Positions 1 through 9,388 are shown, counted from the stretch's first letter. The stretch is DNA of 64,000 nucleotides from an uncultured Candidatus Saccharibacteria bacterium (GCA_963548005.1 CAUUSW010000006.1:6562-70561), one strand, 5' to 3'. Numbers and translations are program-made. Notes: generated from the letters alone by a model not told the origin.

Positions 1-588
1 AAAGACACAACCTGTAAAGCCCAGGTTACCCGCACCAAGGCAGCACATAACCTAACCTCCGGCGGCGATGCCACCAAGAAAAAAGCCAACACCAGCGACC
101 GCATTGAGTATAAGCTAACCGCTAAAAACGAAGGCAAAGCTCCAGCAACAGTTGATCTGAAGGACGAACTATCGGACGTACTAGAATATGCCGATATCTA
201 TGATAATGGTGGTGGCACCTTTGATAAGGAAAAGCGCACCCTTTCTTGGCCACGAGTCACCCTTAAACCAGGCGAGCAAAAGGTTATGACCTACGTCGTC
301 CAGCTCAAGGGTCAACTTTCGGCTAAACCACGTGGCACCAGTGACCCGTCATCGTATGACTGCCGTATGACAAACGTCTTTGGCACCAGTGTCGAAATCG
401 TTGTCAACTGCCCAACGCCAAAGGTCGTCGAGCAGACCGTCGCTACCCTGCCGCGAACCGGCCCTGGAGAAAACATGTTGTTTGCCGGTATTGTTGCAGC
501 TATTGTCACCTTCTTCTATTGCCGCTCGCGACAACTGAGTAAAGAGGTCCGCATCATTCGCCGTGATATTACGGCGGGAACGTTATAA
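1..588 (+). CDS. Surface protein, C-terminal part (5' truncated by window): DUF11-like Ig domain plus LPXTG-type sorting signal
   Basis: Frame +1 is open from base 1 (..SDRIEYKLTAKNEG..DLKDEL..TLSW..LKPGEQKVMTYVV, DUF11-like). LPRTG at 448-462 is followed by a hydrophobic helix and basic RSRQ tail. Confidence 0.7.
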   Translation, partial: KDTTCKAQVTRTKAAHNLTSGGDATKKKANTSDRIEYKLTAKNEGKAPATVDLKDELSDVLEYADIYDNGGGTFDKEKRTLSWPRVTLKPGEQKVMTYVVQLKGQLSAKPRGTSDPSSYDCRMTNVFGTSVEIVVNCPTPKVVEQTVATLPRTGPGENMLFAGIVAAIVTFFYCRSRQLSKEVRIIRRDITAGTL

Positions 589-604
589 CATAGGGAGGGT
601 AAAT

Positions 605-1168
605 ATGTCAGAAAAAATTCATGGGGCTAATCCAGAGTTAACAGAGAACGCTCGCGAACTTGAGCGATCAGCCGGCGAAGTAGAACGCTCAGCGGCTGAA
701 AAATTAAAGGAGCGGGCTGAACGAGCCGTCGAACAGCAACACGAAGGTATCGATGAAGCTCACCGTGAGGCATTAGAACAAGCCGAGACAAGCCAAACCG
801 CTGAAACGGAGAAGCCAGCAGCCTCAGAAACACCTCGCCAGATCACCAAAGCCGACCGTACTGACAGCTACCGGAAAACCATGAAAAAAATGCAAAGCGA
901 ACTACCGCCAGCGTCACGCACCTTTAGTAAAGTCATTCACAACCCAGCTGTTGAAAAAGCCAGCGAAGCTATCGGCAGCACCATCGCGCGCCCGAACCTC
1001 ATTATTGCCGGCGCACTCGGTGCGATTGCCTCAGTTATCATCTACTTCGTTGCCCGGCATTACGGCTACGTTCTCTCTGGATCAGAAACGATCATTCTCT
1101 TTGGTTGTGGTTGGGTTATCGGCGCCATCATTGAGTACGCTCGCGTTGGCTTCCTCAATAAAAGATAG
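605..1168 (+). CDS. Hypothetical membrane protein (Glu-rich coiled N-terminus, 2 C-terminal TM helices)
   Basis: ATG at 605 after AGGGAGGG RBS; two hydrophobic segments at C-terminus. Confidence 0.75.
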   Translation: MSEKIHGANPELTENARELERSAGEVERSAAEKLKERAERAVEQQHEGIDEAHREALEQAETSQTAETEKPAASETPRQITKADRTDSYRKTMKKMQSELPPASRTFSKVIHNPAVEKASEAIGSTIARPNLIIAGALGAIASVIIYFVARHYGYVLSGSETIILFGCGWVIGAIIEYARVGFLNKR

Positions 1169-1179
1169 CTAGCCCACGC

Positions 1180-4100
1180 CTAGCGTAGCTTAATCGACAC
1201 CTCGCCATTATCGTTATTATCACCACGCAGGTCGAGGCGGTTTTGCGGCTCTGCCTGCTGCAGTTCTGCCGCCATTCTATCAGCAATTGATAGCGGCGCG
1301 GTCTGCGCAGCCACATCCGAGCCAGCCACCGTCGGCGCAGACACCGGATGCTGATCTGGCGATCGCAAACTATCATGAGGCGCACTCGCTGGCTGCCCCG
1401 ATGGCCTGTTCAACGAAGCACCAACTCCCTGCGGCATCTGGCCAGCCGTCTGGGCGGGCATAGCGATACCTTGTGGCGCAGCGCCCTGCCCAATCTGTGA
1501 CGGCCGCATAGAAGCCGACTGCGGTTGTGTGCCCGCCAAGCCTGAGGTCGGCGACGCTAGTCGCGACGTAGCTGGACGGCCTGGCTGTGGAGCTAGCGGC
1601 GATGGCACGCCCAACCGAGACTGCCCCGCACCCGGAGCAGCAGCGCCCATAGCCCCCGGCTTGCCACCACCAAGTTGTTGACGTTTTGACAACCACTCGT
1701 CCAGGAAAGACGAACCGCTCTTTGCAGTCGGCCGATTGAGCGATGGGCCAGTCGACGAAGTCGCTGGCTTTTTATTACGACCAAGCCGCTCAAATATCTC
1801 TTTCTCAACCACCGCGCGTGGCTTGCCGTACTTCGCTGCCGATAGTCGTACCAACGCATCGCGAAGCTGATTGTTCACCTGCCCCATTGGCGGCACCCAG
1901 TTCATACTAAACGGCGCCGACGGCACATTGTTGATCATCACCGAAGCAATCGACTGGAAATTTGGTAGCTTTGATAAGTCATCAATATCAAACACCGGCT
2001 GAAACTTCTTGACCATCAATTCCGCGTCAGTGATACCAATACGCCCCGAGATAACCGTACCAATGTTACCGATGATAGCTTCACGAATCTTTTCTGTTAG
2101 CTGCGTCATAAACTGGTTACCCATGATCAGGCTCAGCTTATATTTTCGTGCCTCAGACAAAATTGATTCAAAACTATCAGTCGCAAAGTTTTGCACCTCA
2201 TCAACATACAGCGAAAAGTCTTCACGCTGCTCTTCTGGGATATCAGCCCGCGACATCGCTGCCGCCTGGAACTTCATGATAAAGATAATCCCTAGTAGCT
2301 TAGCGTTGAGCTCACCAAGCTTACCTTTCGACAAATTAACTAGCAGAATCTTTTTATTATCCATAATCTCACGGATGTTAAACCCTGACTTTGTCTGACC
2401 GATGATATTACGCATTGAATCATTAGAGATAAATGGGCCAAACTTCGAGACCACCCACGATATCACTTCACCGGCCTCATTTGATCGCTGTGAGGCCGGG
2501 AACTCCTTCGTCCAGAAATCAATCACCTGCGGATCAGTGACGTACTTCAGCTTACTCTTCACAAATTCTGGGTCAATGAGACACTTCGGCACATCAATAA
2601 ATGTTCCACCAGCCGGATCCGCCATTAACAGTAGCGCACAGTTACGGAAAATATGCTCAAGCCGTGGCCCCACAATACCGGTATGCCCCGGATCGTACAG
2701 CCCGTACAGCATGTTAATCGCCTCCTGCACCAGAAAGTCCTTTTGATCCGGACTGTCGAATTCAAACATATTGAGACCAATCGGGTTTTCCATATCGGCG
2801 GGGTTGAAATAGATAATATCTTCCACTCGCTCTTTCGGCACCTTCCCCATGAGCGACTCGACCAAATCACCGTGCGGATCAATCAGCGCAAACCCTCGGC
2901 CATCCATCATGTCTTGATACGCCATATTTTCCTGCAATACCGACTTACCAACACCAGTCTGACCAATGATGTAAACGTGGCGGCGGCGATCCTTCGTACC
3001 GATACGAATTGGCTTTTTCGTACCACGAAATTCATTGTAACCAATCAATAATCCCTCGTCCAAGACATCAGTCGGCCCATCAACCTGCTTAGACATCTGC
3101 CGCTTAACCTGTGAAGTTGGAATGGCAGTTGCGCTCGGCAAGTGAAACAGAGTCGCCATCTCGACACTATTAAGGATATTACTGCGAATATGCTGCGGGA
3201 AAAACCGCATAATATACGCCGTAGTCATTTCCTCAATATTATTTGTCAGCGAAAAACGAAAACCGTTATTGCGTGGCGAGTCAAACATCGCAAACGCAGC
3301 GATAATATTTTTAAGTAGCACCTGTGAACGAGCGGCAGTATTTGATGAAATTACCACCCGCACCAATACCTCATACGCCGGATAGCGGGTTTTCTCGCTA
3401 ACGGCATCAACCTCTGCCTGCTCTAGTGACGATAGCTGTTTATCCTCGGGCTTGATCTCGCCTTCTTTTTCTTTTGCTGACTGTGGTGGTTTCCACAACG
3501 CCTCAAAAATGTCCCCGACCATTGAGATATCAACGCCCGCCACCTTCGTCGACTTCTTTCCCTTGTTCTTCTTCATTTTCTCAACATGCTCTTCTGAAGC
3601 GCGCGACCAGCCCTCCCGTGCCGGCCGAACCAAGAATTGCAAGCCGATACCATCATCTTTTGTCGCCGCCGACATGGCATTCAATAATGCTCGCGACGCA
3701 TCTCGCTTTGACTCTTGGTAGGTCGCGATAGGATAGACGAACGACTTACGGAGCGAGAATTCGCCGCCAATCGTCCCGCTCATCTTGCCAATTTTACTAA
3801 ACACATTCGTATCAGCCACTTCTTCCAGCCGCGCCGCCGGATAGGCCGCCGCGATCGCTTGGCGAATTACATCAACCAATACCGTCGGTACCACGGCATA
3901 ATAATGCACCAAACCGCCACGCGCAATAATCTCGAATGACAAATGGCGCTGTCCATAGAGTCGACTCTTAAATCCTTTCGTTGCCGTACTTGATATAATG
4001 TTATACATCACTTGCGCTTGGCTAAGAATTTCTTCCGTCAAATCACGCTGGTCACGACTCGCCCCATCAATATCTTCACTCGATGGCGGCAAGTGAATGA

Positions 4101-4239
4101 GCAGCGGCACCATTTTTAGCCCGCGCTCATAATTTTTTGCTTCACGTAGCATCTTGCGATACTGCAGCGTAACAATCGTCACACCGATCGCTAATACTAC
4201 GACGACGATAAAACCAGTAATTAACGGCCCGCTATCCAT
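1180..4239 (-). CDS. VirD4/TraD/HerA-like P-loop ATPase with N-terminal TM anchor and Pro/Gln/Ala-rich tail
   Basis: RRHVYIIGQTGVGKS Walker A, IDPHGD, LYVDEVQNF Walker B, LSEARKY. Start placed at MDSGP (4239), just after the upstream stop. Confidence 0.85.
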   Translation of the reverse strand: MDSGPLITGFIVVVVLAIGVTIVTLQYRKMLREAKNYERGLKMVPLLIHLPPSSEDIDGASRDQRDLTEEILSQAQVMYNIISSTATKGFKSRLYGQRHLSFEIIARGGLVHYYAVVPTVLVDVIRQAIAAAYPAARLEEVADTNVFSKIGKMSGTIGGEFSLRKSFVYPIATYQESKRDASRALLNAMSAATKDDGIGLQFLVRPAREGWSRASEEHVEKMKKNKGKKSTKVAGVDISMVGDIFEALWKPPQSAKEKEGEIKPEDKQLSSLEQAEVDAVSEKTRYPAYEVLVRVVISSNTAARSQVLLKNIIAAFAMFDSPRNNGFRFSLTNNIEEMTTAYIMRFFPQHIRSNILNSVEMATLFHLPSATAIPTSQVKRQMSKQVDGPTDVLDEGLLIGYNEFRGTKKPIRIGTKDRRRHVYIIGQTGVGKSVLQENMAYQDMMDGRGFALIDPHGDLVESLMGKVPKERVEDIIYFNPADMENPIGLNMFEFDSPDQKDFLVQEAINMLYGLYDPGHTGIVGPRLEHIFRNCALLLMADPAGGTFIDVPKCLIDPEFVKSKLKYVTDPQVIDFWTKEFPASQRSNEAGEVISWVVSKFGPFISNDSMRNIIGQTKSGFNIREIMDNKKILLVNLSKGKLGELNAKLLGIIFIMKFQAAAMSRADIPEEQREDFSLYVDEVQNFATDSFESILSEARKYKLSLIMGNQFMTQLTEKIREAIIGNIGTVISGRIGITDAELMVKKFQPVFDIDDLSKLPNFQSIASVMINNVPSAPFSMNWVPPMGQVNNQLRDALVRLSAAKYGKPRAVVEKEIFERLGRNKKPATSSTGPSLNRPTAKSGSSFLDEWLSKRQQLGGGKPGAMGAAAPGAGQSRLGVPSPLAPQPGRPATSRLASPTSGLAGTQPQSASMRPSQIGQGAAPQGIAMPAQTAGQMPQGVGASLNRPSGQPASAPHDSLRSPDQHPVSAPTVAGSDVAAQTAPLSIADRMAAELQQAEPQNRLDLRGDNNDNGEVSIKLR

Positions 4240-4243
4240 ATTC

Positions 4244-4654
4244 CTATCCGTTCGATTGGCCCATCTCCCTGTTGTATCTCTTTTTGAGATAATCAGCCTG
4301 TAGCTGCGCAATTACCCGCGCTCGCTCGTATGGATCATCTTTTGTCAAAGTAATAATCCGCTTCAATTTGTCAACCCACTCCTTCTCAATCAAATCATCA
4401 TCACCAGCTATCAGCGGCGTATCGTCAGTTGACGTCGTCGATGCAGGAGTCTGTACCGCTGGAGGCGCTGGCACCGGAACGGTCGGTAGTACCGTTGCTG
4501 GCATCGGTGAGTTCGCTACATTTACCGCTGGGCGTTCGGCAGAGCGTCTCTCAGCCTCTACCTGATTTGCATCACCATCCAGCCGAAACTCACCGCTTGA
4601 AGCAGGCGGTAAACTCTCAACCGGTGGACGCACCTGAGGCAACTCTGGATTCAT
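4244..4654 (-). CDS. Hypothetical protein (Pro-rich N-terminus, helical C-terminal domain), co-transcribed with the ATPase
   Basis: 136-aa ORF; TGGTACAAT -10 element 6 nt before ATG; ends 4 nt before the ATPase start. Confidence 0.75.
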   Translation of the reverse strand: MNPELPQVRPPVESLPPASSGEFRLDGDANQVEAERRSAERPAVNVANSPMPATVLPTVPVPAPPAVQTPASTTSTDDTPLIAGDDDLIEKEWVDKLKRIITLTKDDPYERARVIAQLQADYLKKRYNREMGQSNG

Positions 4655-4693
4655 ACCTATATTGTACCACGTTACCGATAGAGTTCCTACGCT

Positions 4694-5074
4694 CTAAAAC
4701 CGTTTGTGTATGTAAAAACAACCAAGGCCCAAAAAAAGCGCCAAAAGCAAAATATCCCACGCCGTAACACCACCAATTGACTGCATACCAAGTAAGATAA
4801 CCGGTATCAGCCCGATAATACTCGCATAATAATATAATTTCAACGGCGTTACCGAAGCCAGGCCACGATACATATTATGTCGAACAACACGCATCGCTAC
4901 ACGCCGCGCCGCGACCATCACTAAATAACAGCACGACGCAGTTGCTACATACAGACACACGAAAAACGCTAGGACGCCCAACGGACCAACGCTCATTGGC
5001 GTCACCGTGTGCACCAATACGACATCTGCCGTCGCAGCCAGCGCCGCGACCATAGCAACATACCGATACTTCAT
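4694..5074 (-). CDS. Hypothetical 4-TM membrane protein
   Basis: Four hydrophobic segments; TGGTATAGT 6 nt upstream of ATG at 5074. Confidence 0.7.
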   Translation of the reverse strand: MKYRYVAMVAALAATADVVLVHTVTPMSVGPLGVLAFFVCLYVATASCCYLVMVAARRVAMRVVRHNMYRGLASVTPLKLYYYASIIGLIPVILLGMQSIGGVTAWDILLLALFLGLGCFYIHKRF

Positions 5075-5099
5075 ACTCACACTATACCATAGACTAAGG

Positions 5100-5308
5100 G
5101 AGCCCAGGCGACGAACCATTATATGATCAAGTGAACCATCCGCCGCATTCAATAACTATTAGGGCGCGGTCACCTGTTCAAAGTCCGCCGCTCAGGGCAA
5201 CTGACCGCTCCGAATTTCGGAGCATGTCCTTGCGCAACGTTCCTCATCCCGCACATCCAGTAGTCTCATCGCTAATCACCTAACAAGGATTAACTGGATG
5301 CGCAGTGG
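5100..5308 (-). ncRNA. Candidate structured ncRNA, family unknown
   Basis: TATAAT at 5314-5319 (minus), then four hairpins; G-U pairs favour the minus strand. Confidence 0.45.
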
Positions 5309-6001
5309 TACTAATTATACGCGCGCTCAACGCGTTACATCGCAACTATTAACTACACGTTAATAATCACAAGTTCGGCGGAGCATCGGCAACACTATGG
5401 CGGAATAATCTTTTGTTATTCCGGCTTCATACTGCTGCCGACTATACGCCAAACGACATGCGTTACTGTGAATTCGGTCACGTAAACTGTTAATGTTATT
5501 ATTATTGTACTGATTTTTGCTTTTTATTTTCTTAAAAGCTTGTACTAATACTATCATGTATATGTTTATCGGTCAATACTTTACATAAAAAATATGTTGT
5601 ATTTATAACATTTTTGTAATGATCTTTATATATTTTCATCTGTTATATTTTATAAAATGTTTTATACACAACATTGTAATATAAACATATACTTGCTGTA
5701 CCGCCCGCTAATTCATAGTTCTTGTATAGTCACCCCATACGACATCATGAATCCAACAAATAATCTAGTAATTGATACAGCTCGCCGAACATTTATACAA
5801 ATAAAATACCAAAACAACCAGGCCCTCAGCATATCCCGTTTCGCCATCTCGCGGGTAAAACACCGGCTGTGCGGGGTACCAACCAAGAACCGCCAGGGTT
5901 CAACCGTCTCGTCCGGCAACAACCTATATTTTTCATCAAACTGCTTCACTAACTCTCTAAATTATGTGGTATTTTTTACCTAGATTTTTTCTCAAAAATT
6001 A

Positions 6002-6030
6002 TTGACATAACCATTTTTATCATTTACTAT
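6002..6030 (+). promoter_or_regulatory. Sigma70-type promoter
   Basis: TTGACA (6002-6007), 17-bp spacer, TACTAT (6025-6030). Confidence 0.7.
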
Positions 6031-6036
6031 AGAGGT

Positions 6037-6151
6037 AGCTTCTGAATAAAAAAGTTATACACAAACTTGTCAGGGGCCAAAAATAAACAGCACACGTAAA
6101 ACTCCACTTTTTGAAAACAACCACTACTCGCAGGTGGTTGTTTTCATTTTT
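6037..6151 (+). ncRNA. Candidate ~115-nt small RNA convergent with tmRNA
   Basis: Bounded by a near-consensus promoter and a 13-bp terminator stem; no ATG inside. Confidence 0.5.
6112..6151 (+). terminator. Intrinsic terminator
   Basis: TGAAAACAACCAC/GTGGTTGTTTTCA stem followed by T run. Confidence 0.75.
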
Positions 6152-6191
6152 AGTAATATATTTATAGCCGCATTGCCACTAGTTTTATGAC

Positions 6192-6218
6192 AAAAAGAAT
6201 CGACCTCCTCGGGTCGAT
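6192..6218 (-). terminator. tmRNA terminator
   Basis: ATCGACC/GGTCGAT stem followed by TCTTTTT on minus strand. Confidence 0.65.
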
Positions 6219-6229
6219 ATGTAACTATG

Positions 6230-6626
6230 TGGTGGAGCTGCCGGGTACCGCCCCCGGGTCCAACTGGTATCATGATATTCGTCTACGAGCATAGTCTCAT
6301 TTAAAATTTTATAACGTTACCCGACTAAAAAATGAGTCGAAAAAATCAAGCTTCGTTACGCGGAAAAAGTCCCGCATGTCCGCCGCTTCCGAACATGCAG
6401 CCAGCAACATATATATGACACCCTAGGCTTTGCCTGTTGCCGCAAAGCAAGGACGGTCGCTTAAATTAAGCAGCGACTGGTGCAGCAGCCATCGGAGTGA
6501 AAACGCTCTTTAAGCTAGCAAATACACCTGCAAGTTTAGACTTTGCAACTAAAGCATACGTTACGCGTATCGTCGGCCCGCAGAATACCTTGATAAAGTC
6601 CAATTGTCGAAAGCTATATCAGCCCC
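6230..6626 (-). ncRNA. ssrA: tmRNA; tag reading frame AKSKLAGVFASLKSVFTPMAAAPVAA*
   Basis: 5' GGGGCTGATATAGCTTTCGAC and 3' GCAGCTCCACCA form the G3-U70 Ala acceptor stem. Resume codon GCA follows UAGUU at 6546; tag ends in AA-stop (6466). Confidence 0.95.
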
Positions 6627-6692
6627 ATCAATCCACCTCAATTATAGCAACCTTCCCTTTTCAAGTCTAGCTATCTATGTTTTACTAGGTAT

Positions 6693-8210
6693 ATGGTTAG
6701 CAAGGTAGCTTCAGCGACACCATATGGCTTTCACGGTCAGCTTATTGAAATTGAAGGCGACATATCACGAGGACTACCTGGACTACAAATCGTCGGACTC
6801 GGCAACAAAGCAATCGATGAATCACGTGATCGCGTTCGCAGCGCCATCAAAAACTCATTACTCGATTTTCCAAAAGGCAAAATTACCATCAACCTCGCCC
6901 CGGCGGAACTGCCAAAAGACGGTACGCAATTTGACCTACCGATAGCCCTCGCAATTCTCTGCCTTGGCAAGCAACTTCCTCAAACCGCCCTGGAGGGAGC
7001 GCTATTTGCTGGTGAACTGGCACTCGATGGTAGTCTTCGCCCCATTCGCTCGGCCATCACCATCGCCGAAACCGCCAAACAACACGGTATCTCAACCATA
7101 TACCTACCGGCCTCCAGCAGCAAACAAGCCCTGCTCATCCCCGACATTACTATTATCCCCATCAATAATCTAACGGAATTATTCCTCCACCTCAAACAGG
7201 AAAAACCCATCCGACCCGCAGTAAAAACACGGCAGCAATATCACCAAAAGAAACGCGGCATCATCATTGATGACATCCGCGGCCAGGAGCAAGCCAAGCG
7301 AGCCGTCGCCATTGCCGTCGCGGGTAGGCACAATATTTTGCTGTCCGGACCACCGGGATCCGGCAAGACCATGCTAGCACGCGCACTCAATTCACTCCTG
7401 CCGCCGCTATCTGACGCTGAAATTATCGAGGTGACAAAACTCCACAATCTTGACGGCAATCAAGTTAGTCATGATATCGTTACCGACCGACCGTTTCGCA
7501 CACCACACCACACCGCAAGCCGCATATCAATGATTGGTGGTGGTGCAAAGGCCACGCCCGGCGAAATTAGTCTCGCGCACCACGGCACACTTTTCTTAGA
7601 CGAATTATTAGAATATCCACGAACTACATTGGAGTCGCTTCGTCAGCCGCTTGAGGATAAGCAGATCATAATTTCCCGCGCCCAAGGTAAATACTACTAT
7701 CCCGCCAATTTTATGTTAGTTGCCACGATGAACCCTTGTCCATGTGGTTATCTGGGCGATCCAGAAAAAAGTTGCCGTTGCTCATCGACACAAATCTTGA
7801 ACTATCAGAAGCGATTATCTGGCCCGCTCCTTGATCGTATTGATCTAACAATCAATGTTTCCCGCGTCGCACATGAAGATTTGTTGTCCCGTAAGTCATC
7901 GTCGGATTCACAACAAAAACAGTTTGAAAATATGATTAAGGTAGCCCGTACACTACAAACTAACAGATACAGTAATAGTAATAAATACAACGCTGATATA
8001 GATAGTAGTAGCGTTGATAAAATAGCTGCACTAACGGCTGAGGCCAAGCAATTTCTCCTTGCAGCCACCAAAAAGCTTGACCTAAGCGCTCGTGGCTATT
8101 TCAAAGTTATCAAGGTCGCTCGCACTATCGCTGATCTTGAGTCATCACTAGAAATAACCATTCCTCATGTCGCCGAAAGCCTACAATACCGGCAGATTAT
8201 CCCGACCTAG
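6693..8210 (+). CDS. comM: ComM/YifB family Mg-chelatase-like AAA+ ATPase
   Basis: INLAPAELPKDG, GPPGSGKTMLA, PGEISLAHHGTLFLDE, MNPCPCG. Confidence 0.93.
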   Translation: MVSKVASATPYGFHGQLIEIEGDISRGLPGLQIVGLGNKAIDESRDRVRSAIKNSLLDFPKGKITINLAPAELPKDGTQFDLPIALAILCLGKQLPQTALEGALFAGELALDGSLRPIRSAITIAETAKQHGISTIYLPASSSKQALLIPDITIIPINNLTELFLHLKQEKPIRPAVKTRQQYHQKKRGIIIDDIRGQEQAKRAVAIAVAGRHNILLSGPPGSGKTMLARALNSLLPPLSDAEIIEVTKLHNLDGNQVSHDIVTDRPFRTPHHTASRISMIGGGAKATPGEISLAHHGTLFLDELLEYPRTTLESLRQPLEDKQIIISRAQGKYYYPANFMLVATMNPCPCGYLGDPEKSCRCSSTQILNYQKRLSGPLLDRIDLTINVSRVAHEDLLSRKSSSDSQQKQFENMIKVARTLQTNRYSNSNKYNADIDSSSVDKIAALTAEAKQFLLAATKKLDLSARGYFKVIKVARTIADLESSLEITIPHVAESLQYRQIIPT

Positions 8211-8288
8211 CGCTTGAAATCCACCCTTATACCTGATACAATGACTGATGAAATTAATCTAAAATTGCTTCAAAAGGAGAGCTAGGAG

Positions 8289-8795
8289 ATTAATAAATCA
8301 ATTCGTATCAACGGAGCGATCCGTGCTCGGGAACTGCGCGTTGTTGGTTCTGATGGTGAACAGTTGGGGATAATGCCCCTGCGCGACGCCCTTCAAGCGG
8401 CGGAGGATGCGGGACTTGATCTCGTTGAAATATCACCAAATGCCAATCCACCAGTCGCCAAAATTATTGACTGGGGCAAGTTCCAATATCAGAAGATCAA
8501 AGACCAGCAGCGCAACAAGCGCGCGGCAAAAGTCGGCGATCTCAAGCAAATGCGCTTTGGCCTGAAGATTGGCGCTGGCGATCTCGAAGTCAAGCTGCGC
8601 AAAATACGAGATTTTCTCGCCAATGGACACAAAGTCCGTATCCAAGTCGTCTATAAAGGTCGCGAGATGGCGCATAAAGAAATCGGTTACGAATTGATCC
8701 AAAAAATCACTGATCAGCTTGAGGAAGAGGCAATTCTAGAACAAAAACCTCAGATGGCTGGTCGCAATCTGAGTGTGGTAATAAGGAGTAAATAA
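8289..8795 (+). CDS. infC: Translation initiation factor IF-3 (ATT start)
   Basis: In-frame ATT at 8289 after AAGGAG, with an in-frame TAG just upstream. Motifs RINGAIRARELRVV, LDLVEISPNANPPVAKIID. Confidence 0.95.
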   Translation: MNKSIRINGAIRARELRVVGSDGEQLGIMPLRDALQAAEDAGLDLVEISPNANPPVAKIIDWGKFQYQKIKDQQRNKRAAKVGDLKQMRFGLKIGAGDLEVKLRKIRDFLANGHKVRIQVVYKGREMAHKEIGYELIQKITDQLEEEAILEQKPQMAGRNLSVVIRSK

Positions 8796-8989
8796 TGCCA
8801 AAACTAAAGACCCACAAAGGTACCGCAAAGCGCATTAAGTTAACGAGCTCTGGCAAGTTAACTCGTCAACGTGCATTTAGCGGTCACTTCTTGGCCAAGA
8901 AGTCAAAAAGCCGTAAGCGGGCAATTAATACAACAGCAAAGGTAACAGGCTCGATGGCAAAAAATGCCCGACGGGCAATGGGAGTTTAA
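8795..8989 (+). CDS. rpmI: 50S ribosomal protein L35
   Basis: MPKLKTHKGTAKR; infC-rpmI-rplT order. Confidence 0.97.
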   Translation: MPKLKTHKGTAKRIKLTSSGKLTRQRAFSGHFLAKKSKSRKRAINTTAKVTGSMAKNARRAMGV

Positions 8990-8992
8990 TTT

Positions 8993-9334
8993 ATGAGGGT
9001 GAAACGAGGCGTCCCTGGACACGCAAAGCACAAGAAAATTCTAAAAGCCGCTAAAGGCATGCAGCACAATCGAACTCGTAGCTTTCGCTTAGCGAAGCAG
9101 GGGGTAATTAGAGCTCTGCAATATGCCTACCGTGATCGACGCAATAAAAAACGAGACCTCCGCAGCCTGTGGATTACCCGCATTAACGCAGCCGCTCGCC
9201 AAGAGGGCGCAACGTACGGTAGGCTCATGGCTGCCCTCAAGGCAAAGAATGTTGAGCTTGATCGAAAAGTGTTGGCAGAGTTAGCCGTTAACGAACCTAC
9301 GGCCTTTACCGCAATTGTTAAAGCAGCACTATAA
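8993..9334 (+). CDS. rplT: 50S ribosomal protein L20
   Basis: [30 protein letters not shown]. Confidence 0.97.
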   Translation: MRVKRGVPGHAKHKKILKAAKGMQHNRTRSFRLAKQGVIRALQYAYRDRRNKKRDLRSLWITRINAAARQEGATYGRLMAALKAKNVELDRKVLAELAVNEPTAFTAIVKAAL

Positions 9335-9348
9335 GAAAGTGCTTTCAG

Positions 9349-9388
9349 TAAACTAAAACCTTCTCCGCTGAGAGAAGGTTTTAGTTTA
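9349..9388. terminator. Bidirectional terminator between rplT and rnpB
   Basis: TAAACTAAAACCTTCTC/GAGAAGGTTTTAGTTTA inverted repeat. Confidence 0.8.

Noticed and set aside
5578..5605. dif site (ACTTTACATAA resembles a XerD arm)
   Set aside because: No matching second arm at 6-bp spacing.
5360..5983. ORFs 5360-5557, 5657-5983 and 5713-5949
   Set aside because: Low-complexity or mutually overlapping, no RBS or recognisable motif; probably spurious.
5360..6063. oriC (AT-rich, TTATACACA at 5662 and 6055)
   Set aside because: Only two boxes, about 400 bp apart, one inside a copy of the 16-bp motif; no dnaA/dnaN nearby and no switch in gene-strand bias.
5330..6229. Genomic island integrated at the tmRNA 3' end
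   Set aside because: No duplicated tmRNA 3' end and no integrase seen.
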